From NCBI GenBank assembly GCA_017499595.2, contig CM039007.1, positions 2,914,001 to 2,978,000 on the forward strand: a stretch of 64,000 nucleotides of DNA, written 5' to 3'. Source of the stretch: Psilocybe cubensis. Taxonomy: Eukaryota. This document shows, piece after piece, positions 25,097 through 37,752 of this stretch. The position numbers and the translations under genes were made by a program. Numbering within the stretch: position 1 is the first letter of the stretch; every line of letters begins with the position of its first letter. The notes below the pieces were generated by a model. It had not been told where the DNA came from and ran no database searches. It was given only the letters and a program-made list of their open reading frames with translations.

Positions 25097-28000
25097 TCAT
25101 TTACCATGAAACATACCAGGTTTCTGCTTCATTTTTTTCATGACTGCTAGGTATATCTTATCCCTTTCGCTTTTCCCTAGGCTCCACAGCTTATCATGAG
25201 CATCTCCCCTACTTCTCTCTTGTGGCTTTGCAACCAAATGCATATCCAATTCAAGAAAGGGTGCCAGATTCCCACATGCCTCTTGTTTGCCTTGTAGCAT
25301 GCCTTGTATATAACTGTTCATTGGGCCTGAGCCTACGCCCATAAGTTGAACGCGGACATCATCAACAGTGCACCCCGGCGCACCCTCGTGCTCAAGGACT
25401 GCTGCTGCTGTTTTGTAGGATAGAATTTCAAGGCAATAGTGTCCAAGCAACTTTCTGAAGAAGGTTTCCATTTTTTCAATGGTATCCCTGTGGCCTACGT
25501 CAAAGTGGTCCTGAAACCAAGCTATAATCTCTAAGGCTTGACCACGGGCATGCATGCAAGCCTTGCGCTCCTCGTACGACATTGCATATATGTCATCTTT
25601 CTGCCAAAATGTCCTCTGCGTGGGCGTCATGGGTATTTGCTTTGCAGCAGCTTGAAAAGTGGGAAAATATGTGTTATGGTCCAACACATTCATCAAGAAA
25701 GCATAAATGCATAGCACAAAAACATTCATGATCCCAAACCAGTCGTCAAAATCTGGGAAATGATCCATGCAAAGGTCTGAATCGCATCAGATATTTGCCT
25801 TTCAGCATACCAGAAAGAACTCTATCACTCACCGGTACGAATAAAAGCATTATCCACATACATTTTATGGTACATGGAAATCATCTGTTGCAGATGTAAT
25901 CGGGTGTGCACATGATTTGCATTTGTCAATGTCTTTCCTGCCACAAAGGCATGAATTATTGCAGACAGGGTATCAATCATGTTTCCAGCAGAATAAAAAT
26001 GCCCGCCATGGCAAACTGTGTCAAATGGTGTATACACCATATGCAAGGTATTTGGTCTCATTATGCTGAAGCATACATATGTCAGTTTTTATGTTTTTGT
26101 TTTTCAGCTTAATAAAACTCTTACAGCTCCGTTCCTGGTACAAGTACAATGGCCTCCACGTCCAGTACAGAGCTACATGCACTATCAAATTGATAGGAAT
26201 CAGATAAGAAAAAGGATGTGTCATGCATAGAGCGATATTTTGGATCCTTAGGACGCGCCAGTAACCACAGCTTGGCTCCACATTTGGTTTCAATATACGT
26301 TCCCAATCCATTACTGGCCATGTGCCATCCATGAAAAGCACCTTTTGTTGCAGCTAAAGCCCAGCGACTGTGTCCCACCACAAAAGCCCTTGATGACTTC
26401 CAGTCACCCATTGTATTGAATAGCGCAATGTAATCTGTACTGACTTCCAAGTCCCTCATCCCCTTCATCTCCATGGGTATGTCTAAAACATTCAATATCT
26501 TGTTGATACCCTTGAACGATGCCTGGTAAAGCTGGTCCAATGTTCCAGTGCGTATGCGGAGGTTTAGATCTCCGTTCTCAGGGACTATTGACAGATCTGC
26601 AATGTGTACTTAGCAATAAGGCAATCTACCATAGTCTTATAAAAACTCACCATGTACTGCTCGGGGTGCCGTCAGGGATCCCAAACCTCGTAGTGCAGCA
26701 CGAAATTCTTTGGGTTCCCCATTCCTTAAAGGGCATGTCACATCTGTTTCTTTCACTACAATATGTTGGTCTCGAAGAATAAACAGCAAATCATTGGCCC
26801 CCAAACTATTGTAAACTTCTCGATCCAATATACGGATCATGGAGTTTTTTGGGTCTGTCAAAAATTTTGGCTTTCCTTTGATCATGTCGGCTATCTGGTC
26901 TAGCGTTGCCAGGGTTTCTTCATTCTAATTACAACATGTCAGTATCATATCAAAATTTTGTTATAAATAATACATACGTGGGCAATAAGGTCAATACTAT
27001 AGCCTTTGCCAGTTGCTGAAAACACTACAGGCTTCTTTGTTGACCAATGAATTTTAACTTGCTGCTCCAGATCCAGCGTAATTTCTCTTGGCGTAAAAAA
27101 AACACGTCTTTCCATACCCATGTAGATGATATCGTCATTGTCAGATTCAGAATTGTTCACTGTTGATGCACTAGGTTTGCTCTGTGTGTGACCTTTGCGC
27201 TTTGGAACAGACTGTAGGCCCAGTTGGGAAGGCATCTTTGCCTTGTTGTAAGGAGATATTCCTGCAAGTTGAACTGAGTTGTTTGCACATCCGTCTGTTG
27301 TATCCACTGTCATATCAACATCTTTCCCCATGCACTCTTTGTCTTTCTTTGACCTGGATGTGACTTTGTCCATATTATTCTTCTTTCCAATAGTCTTGTA
27401 CATCTCATTCTCTCCACCTGCAATATCATCTTGTGTGTCATTACTCCTTCCACCGGCCGGGTCCACATCCATGTTTTCAATACCATTCGCATTTTCAGTT
27501 GTTGTAGTTTCTCCCTGTCTAGGTGGCGCCATTATCAGCAATCTTGATTGAGAAGACTGTACCAGTGACTTGAATGGAGATGTTAGGTCTTCATTCATTG
27601 GCGAGTCCGGCAACTCTGTAATAAAGGCTGTTTGAAAAGGAGACATTGAGGTAGCTGCAAACAAGCATGAGTATCTAAAACACCTTCACAAACAGTCATA
27701 CTTACGGTTAAAATAAAAGACCCCGTCATTTATATCTGTAGCGTTCTCCCATTGTTTCCACTCCGGAGACAGAACCAACTGGTGCAATTCCTTCTCTGTG
27801 TCTCCATGCCCTGAAATGTTCCACAACGCTTTCCAAATGGCCAACTCCACGTTCTTTAGCAGGTCTGGTTTGTCATTCCCAATTGACGTACAAAGACGCC
27901 ATAAATCTATCTGACTTGGGCGTTTTTTGTAAAGTGTGCTTGTACTGAGCAGTATAATGGGGGACATCATGAGGGCTAATTGTAGTGGTACCCGCATGTT

Positions 28001-29086
28001 TGTGGCATTATTTTTGATGAACTTTGCAAGCCGTTGGTCATCTATAGATTCTCCTAGATCCTTTGTTAAGAACTGCTCATCCATGCCTTCAATGCCAGTA
28101 TTTGAGGAAAATGTCCAATTAGCGTCCCGAAGCACTGACAAGTGCAATGCAGCCGCTTCAAAATTGCCACAAATTGTGTAATACTTCTTTGCATGATGGG
28201 TGGAAGAAAGTGAAAGCAAAAGCTTGAGAATGATTGAGGGCTGTATGCTTTGAGGGGATAGGCTTGAAGGTTTGTCAAGATGCGGTGAGGAGGTAATGAT
28301 TTTGCGAGCTTGTTGAAGTGTATTAGGCCACTCCCGAACAACATCCCAGCCCTGTTCCATTGTATCAGTCATCAACCTATTTCATGTTTTGCCTGCTCAC
28401 CTTGAAATGTTGCAGAGTCTCTGCTGTCCATGTAGTTGGCCGCAAGATATTTAACGGCACTGGTGGGACTGACAATCCCACAATTGACGGGTGTCTAGCA
28501 ACACAATCAACCAGATGATATGCAACAAACAGGTTGGTAGCAATTTCATAGCAGGGGCCTATACTTGGATAGGCCATTTCAGCCCCTCCCACATCATGGT
28601 AGCCAAGGATAGCTCGTGTGTTACGAAAATGCACTGAATGGCTTTGTAACAAAGTATTCTCAAACTTCTCAATCTGTTGGGATAATTTCTGATATCTGGT
28701 CAGTAAACCCAAACAGAAGCAGTTTATCAATCCCACTTACATAGAGTGGGTGCTCTGTTGTTAATGACATTGATAATGGGCGGCTCAGCAGCATGGATTG
28801 GAACCCATGACGCTGTATATACGTGAATCTGCACCGAGAGGGTTTGCCTAGGATGTTTATGGTTAGCCTTAGCCAGTCTTGCAAGCATTTAACCCACTTG
28901 ATTCTTTTATACTGTAACTTTCGGCACTCATTGTACTATTTGACTGGTCTTGTTCTACGAGTAAGCTACTCTAATATGAACTGTAAAAGTAGGAAGAAGA
29001 GTTAAGATACAATGAACCGAACAGGCTGAACCCTCACACTTTAGGGCAGGGCGGACGATTTGATCCAGTGATGGCATCATGGCCAT
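25097..29086 (-). CDS. Large multi-exon JmjC-like (cupin 2OG/Fe oxygenase fold) protein; exact exon joining and intactness uncertain
   Basis: RWALAATKGAFHGWHMASNGLGTYIETKCGAKLWLLARP...EAIVLVPGTEL / IMRPNTLHMVYTPFDTVCHGGHFYS. Upstream exons at 26637-26885, 26945-27664, 27686-28375 and 28377-28736. First exon (MAM)MPSLDQIVRPALK is followed by gtgag. The 5' exons could be a separate gene. Confidence 0.65.
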
Positions 29087-29126
29087 CGCTTATGTGAGCA
29101 CTTGACACTGACCAGTGCTCACATAA

Positions 29127-30658
29127 GGGGCATAGGAAAAAATAAGTGCAGCGCAAGTGCGCAAGTGCAAAACGTGCAAATGCAAGTGCACGGTGGCTGT
29201 GCTGCAGTGCAGTGCAAGTGCATTTGCGAGTGCATGCGAGTGCACGGTGGCTGTGCTCAAGTGCAGAGCAGTGCGCGCGCAAGTGCAAACATTAAAAAAA
29301 CGCAAATGCACAGTCCGTTATAGTACACAACGCTCTATACTTAATATACATGAACTGTATATAACTAATCAATGTAGTACCTAGGAGATTGAATGCTATT
29401 TCTTTGTTTTTGACTTCACTGCCTTTGCTGCAGTCCTATTTTCAGGGATAGGCCGTGGCCTAAGGATTCTCTTCTCTCCTACTAGGTTTGGCTTGGTGGG
29501 TTGTATAATTTTGACAAAGGTTGGGTTGATAGGAATGATAGAAAGGCCATGTATCTTCTCAAAAAGTAGAGTGAGCCCTCCGTGAAGGTCCACCCTTTTC
29601 CGCTTTATAATTCACTTTTTGTCTGCCAGTGTTACATGAATGAATATCATCAGTCAACTGCCGTGAAAAATATCAAATAATAGTATATACTTACCTTTGA
29701 CAGTATAGTCACGGTCTCTGATTCTAGACATGTCACGCGTCAACCCCCAAAAAGCCTTCCATAGGCACGGTGACACTCGAGTATTATGCAGTGAACATAA
29801 GTGCACTCAAGTACAGTGCAAGTGCATGCAAGTGCAGTGCAAATGCGCGCAAGTGCAATGTAAGTGCAACGCAAGTGCATGCAAGTGCATGCAAGTGCGC
29901 GCAAGTGCACGTGAGTGCACGCGAGTGCAGTGCAAGTGCACGCAAGTGCAGTGCAGTGCAAGTGCAGTGTAACGCAAGTGCATGTGACATAAATGTGACA
30001 TAAATTAGAAGGTTATCAGAGACGAGTCAATTATTGTGTAAATTCTAGCTGAATCCCCAGCTCTAAGCATATTTTATGGCTTTAACCGACTCCTTAATCC
30101 GACTAGCAAAATTTTTAGCAGGCAGATATTGTTTTGCTTGATGTAGTACCTCATCATTGTAGAGAGAATATTCAAACTTATTTTCAATTTATTTCGCCCC
30201 AAGGTACCGAGAGAGAGTAAATAACACCATTCTGGAAAATGGGTATACCACAAAGACCGAAATATATAAGTTTCATGTTTTATTTTCCCATACTCCAAGG
30301 CACAAGGTGTATTTACAACAAGTTCATTAGTACTTGTGACGACAGATCACAAGTCCGTGACAACACATCCCTGGCAGTGCAATATGGCAGAAAATGGCGC
30401 ACAAACTGTCTGAAGCATATTTTAGAATAAATAGTCTAACATAGGTAGTATTCAAAACTTATGCTAGCAGCCAAAATTGTTCATTTGCCTCAGACCTCAG
30501 TTGAACTAACAAACATGGCATGTTCTCCTCACTCGGCATGCACCGGCATCTTAGTCCCGAGGAAATATTGTGACATATTGACACACTGTCACGCGCACTT
30601 GCATTGCACTTGCATGCACTTGCATGCACTTGCGTGCACTTATTTTTCTATTTGCCCC
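29127..30658. mobile_element. 1,532-bp non-autonomous TIR transposon: GGGGCA...TGCCCC ends, 8-bp TSD TCACATAA, subterminal AAGTGCA arrays
   Basis: Left end GGGGCATAGGAAAAAATAAGTGCA; right end (reverse complement) GGGGCAAATAGAAAAATAAGTGCA. TCACATAA at 29119-29126 and 30659-30666. Repeat blocks at 29145-29310 and 29800-29985 (direct) and 30595-30641 (inverted). Confidence 0.88.
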
Positions 30659-30749
30659 TCACATAAGCGATACATGAACTGATATATGGTTTTTGTGCTT
30701 TTGCTTTTGTTATATTGTTCGACCGTTTGTATTATACTGCGATGTATTA

Positions 30750-31340
30750 CATTGCACGACACGACAAAACACTATGTGATACAATGCGACGCTGTCCGAC
30801 ACGAAGCTGTACACCCCGACACAACACTATACGCCTTGACTATACGACACGACACGGCAATAAACGATTAAACTAAACCAACACGTCGATGCGCACGCGC
30901 ACAGACGATGGAGACTGGTATAGGCAATGCACCGACAACCACACGCACACGCACACGCACACGCACAACCACCAGAAGCAACCCGCTCCATCCGCAGCAC
31001 ATGCACTCTACTTGGTACAGGCGCGTATAATATAAAGCCTGCATGGCGCTCGGGCGTGCGGGTTGTTGTGCCTAGTGTGAATGCGGGGAGCGAGGGCGGG
31101 GTGGGTGCGTTGGTTGCGGGTCTGGGACAGGGACATGGAAGGGGCGAGGGGAGGGGGAAAGGGGAGGGGTTCGAGCGCTGTGTTGGCATTGTCGTCTATC
31201 TCTGCCTCTGCGTCTCTGTTGGCGTCGGCGCACGGATCTAAATCGACACTTTCACCGACGTCGATGTCTATATCTACATCTACATCTACATCTACTTCTA
31301 CTTCTGTATCAACATCTAAATCTACATTCAATTACGCACG
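30750..31340. repeat. Low-complexity tract (CGACAC, CACG, TCTACA microsatellite-like), possibly a gene remnant
   Basis: Simple repeats that produce VDVDID and ACAC ORFs; no recognisable domain. Confidence 0.5.
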
Positions 31341-33228
31341 CACGTATCTATCTATTTAACTATCTATGTAAGGTGATCAAGCAAGTTAAAGAGGTAAACT
31401 GTGAAAATGTAAAAAAAAGTGAAAAGTGTGAAAGTAAACAGTGGGGACGGCGCACTGTCAATGGAGTGATGAAAACACGCTGCCGCGTATTCATCAGCAT
31501 CTTCCACCACCGAATTCATGCGGCGTGCGACGACGACACCAAAACCCATCCCAAGAGGTATTCAAGGCGCAGAGAGACTGTTGTTCTTGGTGGCTGTGAA
31601 AAACAAGTTATCTGTGCATTGTGCAACTGTGCTTCTATCTGGCTTCTATGTATGCGTATGTGCCCGTGGTCTGCTCCGTAGCTTTATTTTCTATTACGCA
31701 GTTTCAGATTCCTGCAGCTATGCATATCCCCGTCGGATCCAGTGCATGTACTGGGACCATGTGCGTTATCGTGCACGAACCCCGTGGGTTGGTATTGCGC
31801 TATCCTTGCTCTTCTTAACTTGTATCATTGTCCGGGAACAGGAGCTCTATGGAGGGGACGCACGTATATCAGTGCTCATTCATTTGCTGGACCTGTTTCT
31901 TATAAGCATTCTATGGGGTATCTTGACCTGTCCAACGGTTTGCTTCTGTGTCTGACTGTGCTTTATTTCCCATGTAGTCTTGGATGAAGGCTGCTTACAC
32001 CTGACACACTATCCAAAACTGTGATGACGCACATGTTGACCCCTTTTCGTTGCTCCCTTCCCACCGCACTGACCTAGAATGCATACCACGGTCAGTACTT
32101 CAGGTGTTCTTGCACCTGAAAAATTCCCTGCTTTGTGAGCTCGAAGAAAGGTCGAGAATGGCTACGCACTTTATCTGAACTGTGCAAGGTGAAGGGGACA
32201 CAGCTGCATTGTGCATCAACGGACTTGTTGAATGAGTAGTGGGACGGCTGATTTAGGACATCGCTGGTATGGTGAACAGCTATGTTCGGTTCCAAATCGG
32301 GATAGAGTGCGAGAAAGCCTCAGATTCAAGGAAATGGGGAGTCTCTCGATGCAGTTTTATGTGGTCTGGTCTTTGTTTGCAGCACCAAAACTGGTACTTC
32401 TGCTCCTATATCTTCGTCATCGATGGTCCTGAACACCTGAAGTTCTGACACGCCAGCCAGCACACACAACTAGGGGGAAGGACAACGGGTGGGTAAGAAC
32501 TGTACCCATGATCGCCTCAACCTCATCCGTTGCACAGTGCGACTGGATTCGGTATGCGACCTGTGATACAAACTGATTGAGTTGGGTATTATAGCTAGGT
32601 TTCTCAGTCCGAAAATGTTAGAAAACGGTTGTTGTTTTCCCCAGATAGACTTGTAAAGGTCGGTAGCAGCTTAGGAGTACTGAACGGCTTTATGGGTAGA
32701 TAGGGATTGCTATGTAATAATAAATCTGTAGTTCTAAAATTCATCAAGGTAGTTGTACAGAAACAATTTCGACTGGTTTATGAAAACCGACGTGGAGAGT
32801 GAAACGGATATCTGACCTGACAGCGTCAATTACAGGGCACAGGAGGCAGAAGACAGGACCGTCATGGATAAAATCACGGTTTAGTAATGTACATACCTTC
32901 TTCGGTCGAACTCTTCCATCTTTTGAACCGTCTTCTGTCGGTCTACCGGTTCCTCCGACCCTCGTAGAGGAAGTCATGGTGTCATTACAGGAGTCCTTAC
33001 AGGTTTGTGTGGTATATGACCTCTCAAGCCAGCCAATATCTGCCGTGCAAGATTTAATGAAGAGGCAGAAAGTTCATAATACATCATCTGGTACCTGTAT
33101 TGCCTACTGTGAGCAAAATTCATCCCCTAAGCGTTAAGTACTTCCATAACAAAGATTGACTGGAATGCTTTCCGTATACACAGCCTCCCGAGAAAGCTTT
33201 CAAAACGCCAACAGGACTATACAGCGCA

Positions 33229-33238
33229 GTATAAAAAG
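33229..33238 (+). promoter_or_regulatory. TATA box of the lectin gene
   Basis: GTATAAAAAG about 60 bp upstream of the ATG at 33297. Confidence 0.55.
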
Positions 33239-33296
33239 CGCGGTTAGGCTGGTCTTCATTTCAAACAAGTGCACTCGTCTACCACCTGAGAAGATA

Positions 33297-34508
33297 ATGA
33301 CTTTCATCGCCAACCACGTCTATACAATTGCCAGCAGGAAGCAATACAATGGGAACAACATGCTTCTAGCACTATTCCAAGGCAAGCCTGCAATTAATCA
33401 GTCCATCTATATTGACAATAATTGAGCCATTACAGCAAACCGTGCAGATAACACTCCGTGTCAAGTTCACACCCAATCTGATACAGAGGAAACATTTAAC
33501 CAACAGTGGCTGATCAAGGAGGTACCAGGAAAATGCCAGATCTACACTCTACAGAACTTGCGCACTGGCACATACCTTGACTTGTTTAACGGATTAAAAA
33601 CCAACGGGACGAGGGTTGTAGGCTGGCAACTTCTTCCCGGAACAGAATGGGAATCGGCCCAGCAATGGAGAATTATTTGTAACGGAAATTATATCAAGTA
33701 AGGTCCTCTTTTAAGACAGGAGCTTATGAATGTGTTCCTGCGTAGGATTCAAAATGTGGCTGGTGGTACCTACCTTGATCTTGTCAACGGATGGTGTGCC
33801 CCAGGTTAGTTTTACCCCATCTTCTCATAATTCGACAGTCAAAAAAACACGTCCCATTTAGGAACTCAAGTACATGGCTGGGTGGGCTATGCAACGGAGA
33901 GCCAAGACTGGTTCCTGCGTCGTATGAGTCGTACAGATGGCGATCTCATTGATATACTTGCCAAAGACACACACAACGCCAGTAACTTCCAGGGCTTCAG
34001 ACAGGATTCCTTGTACGTCACCAATTTTTTATGAATATACTACACCCGGGCAACGCCGCTCCTTGTAGGTATATTGTACTCCCGAAGAGTGTCCGCCAAG
34101 CAATATACGTAAAATCGGGGTTGAAGAACATCAAGGTTAAGGGTCAGCTATTTGACAGTGAGTCAATTCAGCGAGTGATAATAATACAGGATTTCTTTGA
34201 TCTTGATATTTGAAACACAGTCGATGACTACGTCTTTGTTCTTAAGGCGGAAGTGGCAAAATGGGGCCTTGCTAATCTTGGAGCTGATGTATGCTCTTAT
34301 GTTGACTTTGCTTTTCTTACCATTCACAAACGCTGCGCCGTAGGACTTTGGAATTCTGTGGGGAGTAATGTTTGGTCAAAAAGGAACCCATTGCTTTGCC
34401 TACAATTTCTATCTCAACGACAACCTCGACAATTTATTATTTTTCGATCTGGAAACTGGAGAAGAGAAGGTAGACATGGGGTATAAGGCCTTTTTTGCAG
34501 TGTACTAA
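33297..34508 (+). CDS. Marasmius oreades agglutinin (MOA)-like chimerolectin: ricin-B lectin + agglutinin C-terminal domain, no signal peptide
   Basis: QxW repeats (NQQWLI, YTLQNLRTGTYLDL, AQQWRI, IQNVAGGTYLDL, SQDWFLRRMS). C-terminus: YIVLP...LFD/IDDYVFVLKAEVAKWG...FGILWGVMFG...AYNFYL...FFDLETG...MGYKAFFAVY*. Confidence 0.85.
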
Positions 34509-35401
34509 GCCTCACTATATTTGGACTCGCTTGTAACTCTTGGATAGTTTCTGTTAATCTGAGGGGTGTCGAGTGCATTGAAATCATGGTTAAAACTACA
34601 GAATTCCCGCCGCGCAGTATTCATACGGCTGTGTAAGTGGAGGTTTGTGAACCGTGGGAATTGATGTGCGTCAGAAGAAAGTCATATTGTACTTGTAAAC
34701 TAGCGCATTCCCCTCATTATGCGTATGTCCATCTCATCTATCTCACAGATGGCGATACCATCTTCCATACCCACTGGAGGACTTCTAGTCCAACCGGTCC
34801 ATCAAAGTAACTATTGTATGCACAACTCCATCTAAAACGACCACGAATGGTGAGCTGTTGTCAGTATGACACAACTCATCCGGTGTTAACCTTCGACAAA
34901 TAGATGCGACAGTAGAAGTTCTAAACCCTAAACCATAACCCAAAATTACCCTCCCACCTCAGGTCCTCATACTAGGTGCCACAGATTCCTCAGCTCTCAA
35001 TGCGGACACTCCACGCAATAGTATCAGTCAGTAACATCCTCTACAGTGCGACAACCATTAAAGATTACTCGCAGGAGAGTTAATATATGCCACCACAGAC
35101 CGCACTCGAGATATCAAAGGGCCGGAGTCGCTGTTGGACATGGTCTGTGCACTCTGAATACAGAATGGATCACACTTTTAAGTATCACAGCACCTTTATA
35201 TGCATTAAATGTGTGTTTCTTAAATGCCTAAGTAGTGCCTGCAGCCGAATCAAACAATATTTATATGTTAGATGATAGCGGAATATTGCACACTGGGAGA
35301 TATGTAGGATTTTATGTATATATGTAGACAGTCTTTAAGCACAAAAAATGAGTGAGTCCCCAATGTTTTCTTGGAGAGGCTCCGTAAACCAGTGTGAAAA
35401 C

Positions 35402-36278
35402 CTAGTAATCGCTTCCGTTGGAGCCTGGGTCGTATCGCCACTGACCGCACAGGTCAGTCTCATATCCTCCTTGTTTGCCGTTTTCTCCACTGGTATTGCA
35501 TCCGTCAAGTGGGAGCCTTAGAAGCCTGTTGCAGTTCCCATCGACTTTGAACGAGCAACTGGAAGACGAATAGGGATTCAGAAAATATTGGATAAATGTG
35601 AAAGGGCTCATAGCATACCCGTTGATTGCCTCTCCGCTCACTAGGATAGTGAATGTACCATAGTTGTAGCGTGCCTAAGAGGGAATACGTGGTATGTTTG
35701 TCAATCAAAATTATCATGGGAGATGAAAGATATGCACCCATATAGTCTGGCCGTTGTTGACAACTTGGCCGATGGCACGGTTGCTATGTTGTATTGTCAA
35801 CGTTAGTACGATAAATGACATGAAGCGTAACTTACTTGCACCAATCATCAATAACGGAGGTAGACGGTGCCCGGTCAACCTAGCATTGAAACCACATTAT
35901 TTAACCATTTGATCGATGATTCAGAAAGGATTGCTTAGCTTACCTTTGTTCCCATGTTGTAGCATGTTAAAACCTCTGTACCGTATCGTTTTTCCAATGT
36001 GGTGTTTCCCGGAATGCTCTCTATAACATTGTAGATATGTCATGAGTCAACATATTAAGGTTCCGGCTGGATGTAAAATTCTTACCGCCTGGCATAGTGA
36101 TTCCAGTCTCTACAGAGATCCACTAAGACGTCAAATACGTTTAAGTCAAATTTAGCTGGCCAACGAATATGCTTTGTTCTACCTTGTCGGCAACTGCGGG
36201 TGCCCTTTGTACTGCCGTTGCATATGCAGATGAAAAGACACTGGCGACGGCAACAATGACGGCAAGTGGGAATTTCAT
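35402..36278 (-). CDS. Small secreted Cys-rich preproprotein with a Kex2 site; possible Y3/LDL-type lectin or effector fold
   Basis: Signal peptide MKFPLAVIVAVASVFSSAYATA; LEKR|YGTEVLTCYNMGTK / VDRAPSTSVIDDWC...GEAINGCSFKVDGNCNRLLRLPLDGCNTSGENGKQGGYETDLCGQW. Multi-intron. The fold is a guess. Confidence 0.7.
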
Positions 36279-37752
36279 TGTGATATATGTAAGTTGAAGC
36301 GGTGGTGCTCAAGTAAAGTGGGGGATTAGACAGCTGTGGTGCTGGATAAAGATGTTCTGTGAAATGTGCAGCCTTTATACAAAATTGTCTGGACTTGTTA
36401 GTGTGATCATCTGTATTTCATTGGTCAGTTTATGAAACGTATACATTGGCATATTTTGGCAGAGATCTGATGCACCCAATAGAAGTAGGATTATTGTATC
36501 TCGTCTTATAATATCTGTCCGTTGAGAGCATAGTTTAATCAGCGTGCTTGATCTGACAATAACTAGACTTACTACCTACCTACATGTGTTGTATTCAATA
36601 TACAAGGTAATATCAAGCTACTCTAACTCAAACAATATGCCTTCAATATAGGAGGAATTTCTGAGTCCTACTTGCAAAACTGTTCAATAATTCTTACCTT
36701 GAACGATTGGACTTTGGAAATTGGAATCGCCCGTTTCTATAATTGTAGTATTGCAAGTCCGCCGCCCAGCCTCGGAGTAAATATGGAGAAACATGTGTGT
36801 GATGAGTCCACAAGTTGACATGATATGGAAGCCCCAGAGTTGACTAGTGATGCCAAGTCTTGTTGGGCTTCGGTTTAATTTTGGCAGAGAACATTGAAAT
36901 CATTGGCGTCGTTTCTGTCGGTGAAGTTTCGATTAGCGCTGTATTCAGTAGAAATGAGAAAATTGTAGACTGAAAGACTATAAAGTTGCACACTCCAGCG
37001 GAGTTATATGCAATTAGCAATGTGGAGAAACGAGTTACAACCCGCGAAGATCTCTCTGATGTTGGACAGCCTTGCGAGTCGAGATACGCACTCACCAGGA
37101 GCATATGGAATCAACTAATCTTCTTGATTTCATATGTGACAATTGGCTGGTATGGCGAACATGAGGACCAATGGAAGATACTATAACGTCTCGAAGGAGA
37201 TGTAAGTAATATCTTACATTGAAATTGAGCATCTGGTGTATCAGATGAGCAGGTATGCGCCGCTGGCATAACTGATGCACTAGCTATTAGCAATGTCTAA
37301 TTATAAACATAGTGAGTCTCGGGATAAAAATATCCAGAAGAGAGTCGCCTAGACGCCCGAAAGCGTGGATTCTAACACAGTCCGGGTTTTACAGATGTTG
37401 GGTTGAACACATTAGCCGAAGATAGGAGAGAATAAAGGTGCTAGAACCTGAAAAGATCAGGTGAATGTATATTATGGTAGTGTAATTATTCCGACCTGGT
37501 ATTCTGGCCCCGATCCCGACATCTCGGATCAATATTTGTACGGACAAATATCAATCGGAACACATCCGGAGAACGCGGACATGGATCGGACCTCGAAAAT
37601 TAGGATCACCGCGTGACCTCTGACCTGCGGAGTTCTAAATAGCTGAGTCAACCCGGGTCCCGACTCAATCGATTCCGGGAGAGAAGGGTACAAATAAGAT
37701 TAACCACTTGAAATGTGAACGGTAAAATGCATTGATATTTCACCGTGACTAT

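Noticed and set aside
18049-26540. SET plus JmjC as a dedicated writer/eraser pair
   Set aside because: The SET domain is of the degenerate Set3 type and the JmjC gene looks like mobile cargo; proximity alone is not evidence.
29145-29985. CRISPR-like or telomeric array
   Set aside because: Irregular short motifs with no unique spacers, located inside a TSD-bounded element in a eukaryote.
29034-30003. Cys/His-rich ORFs resembling metallothioneins or zinc fingers
   Set aside because: They are translations of the AAGTGCA subterminal repeats, open on both strands.
29347-30681. 12-bp direct match ATACATGAACTG inside and just outside the element
   Set aside because: It does not coincide with any boundary; treated as coincidence without further copies.
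34923-34942. Telomere-like CTAAACCCTAAACCATAACCC
   Set aside because: Only 2-3 imperfect units; insufficient evidence.
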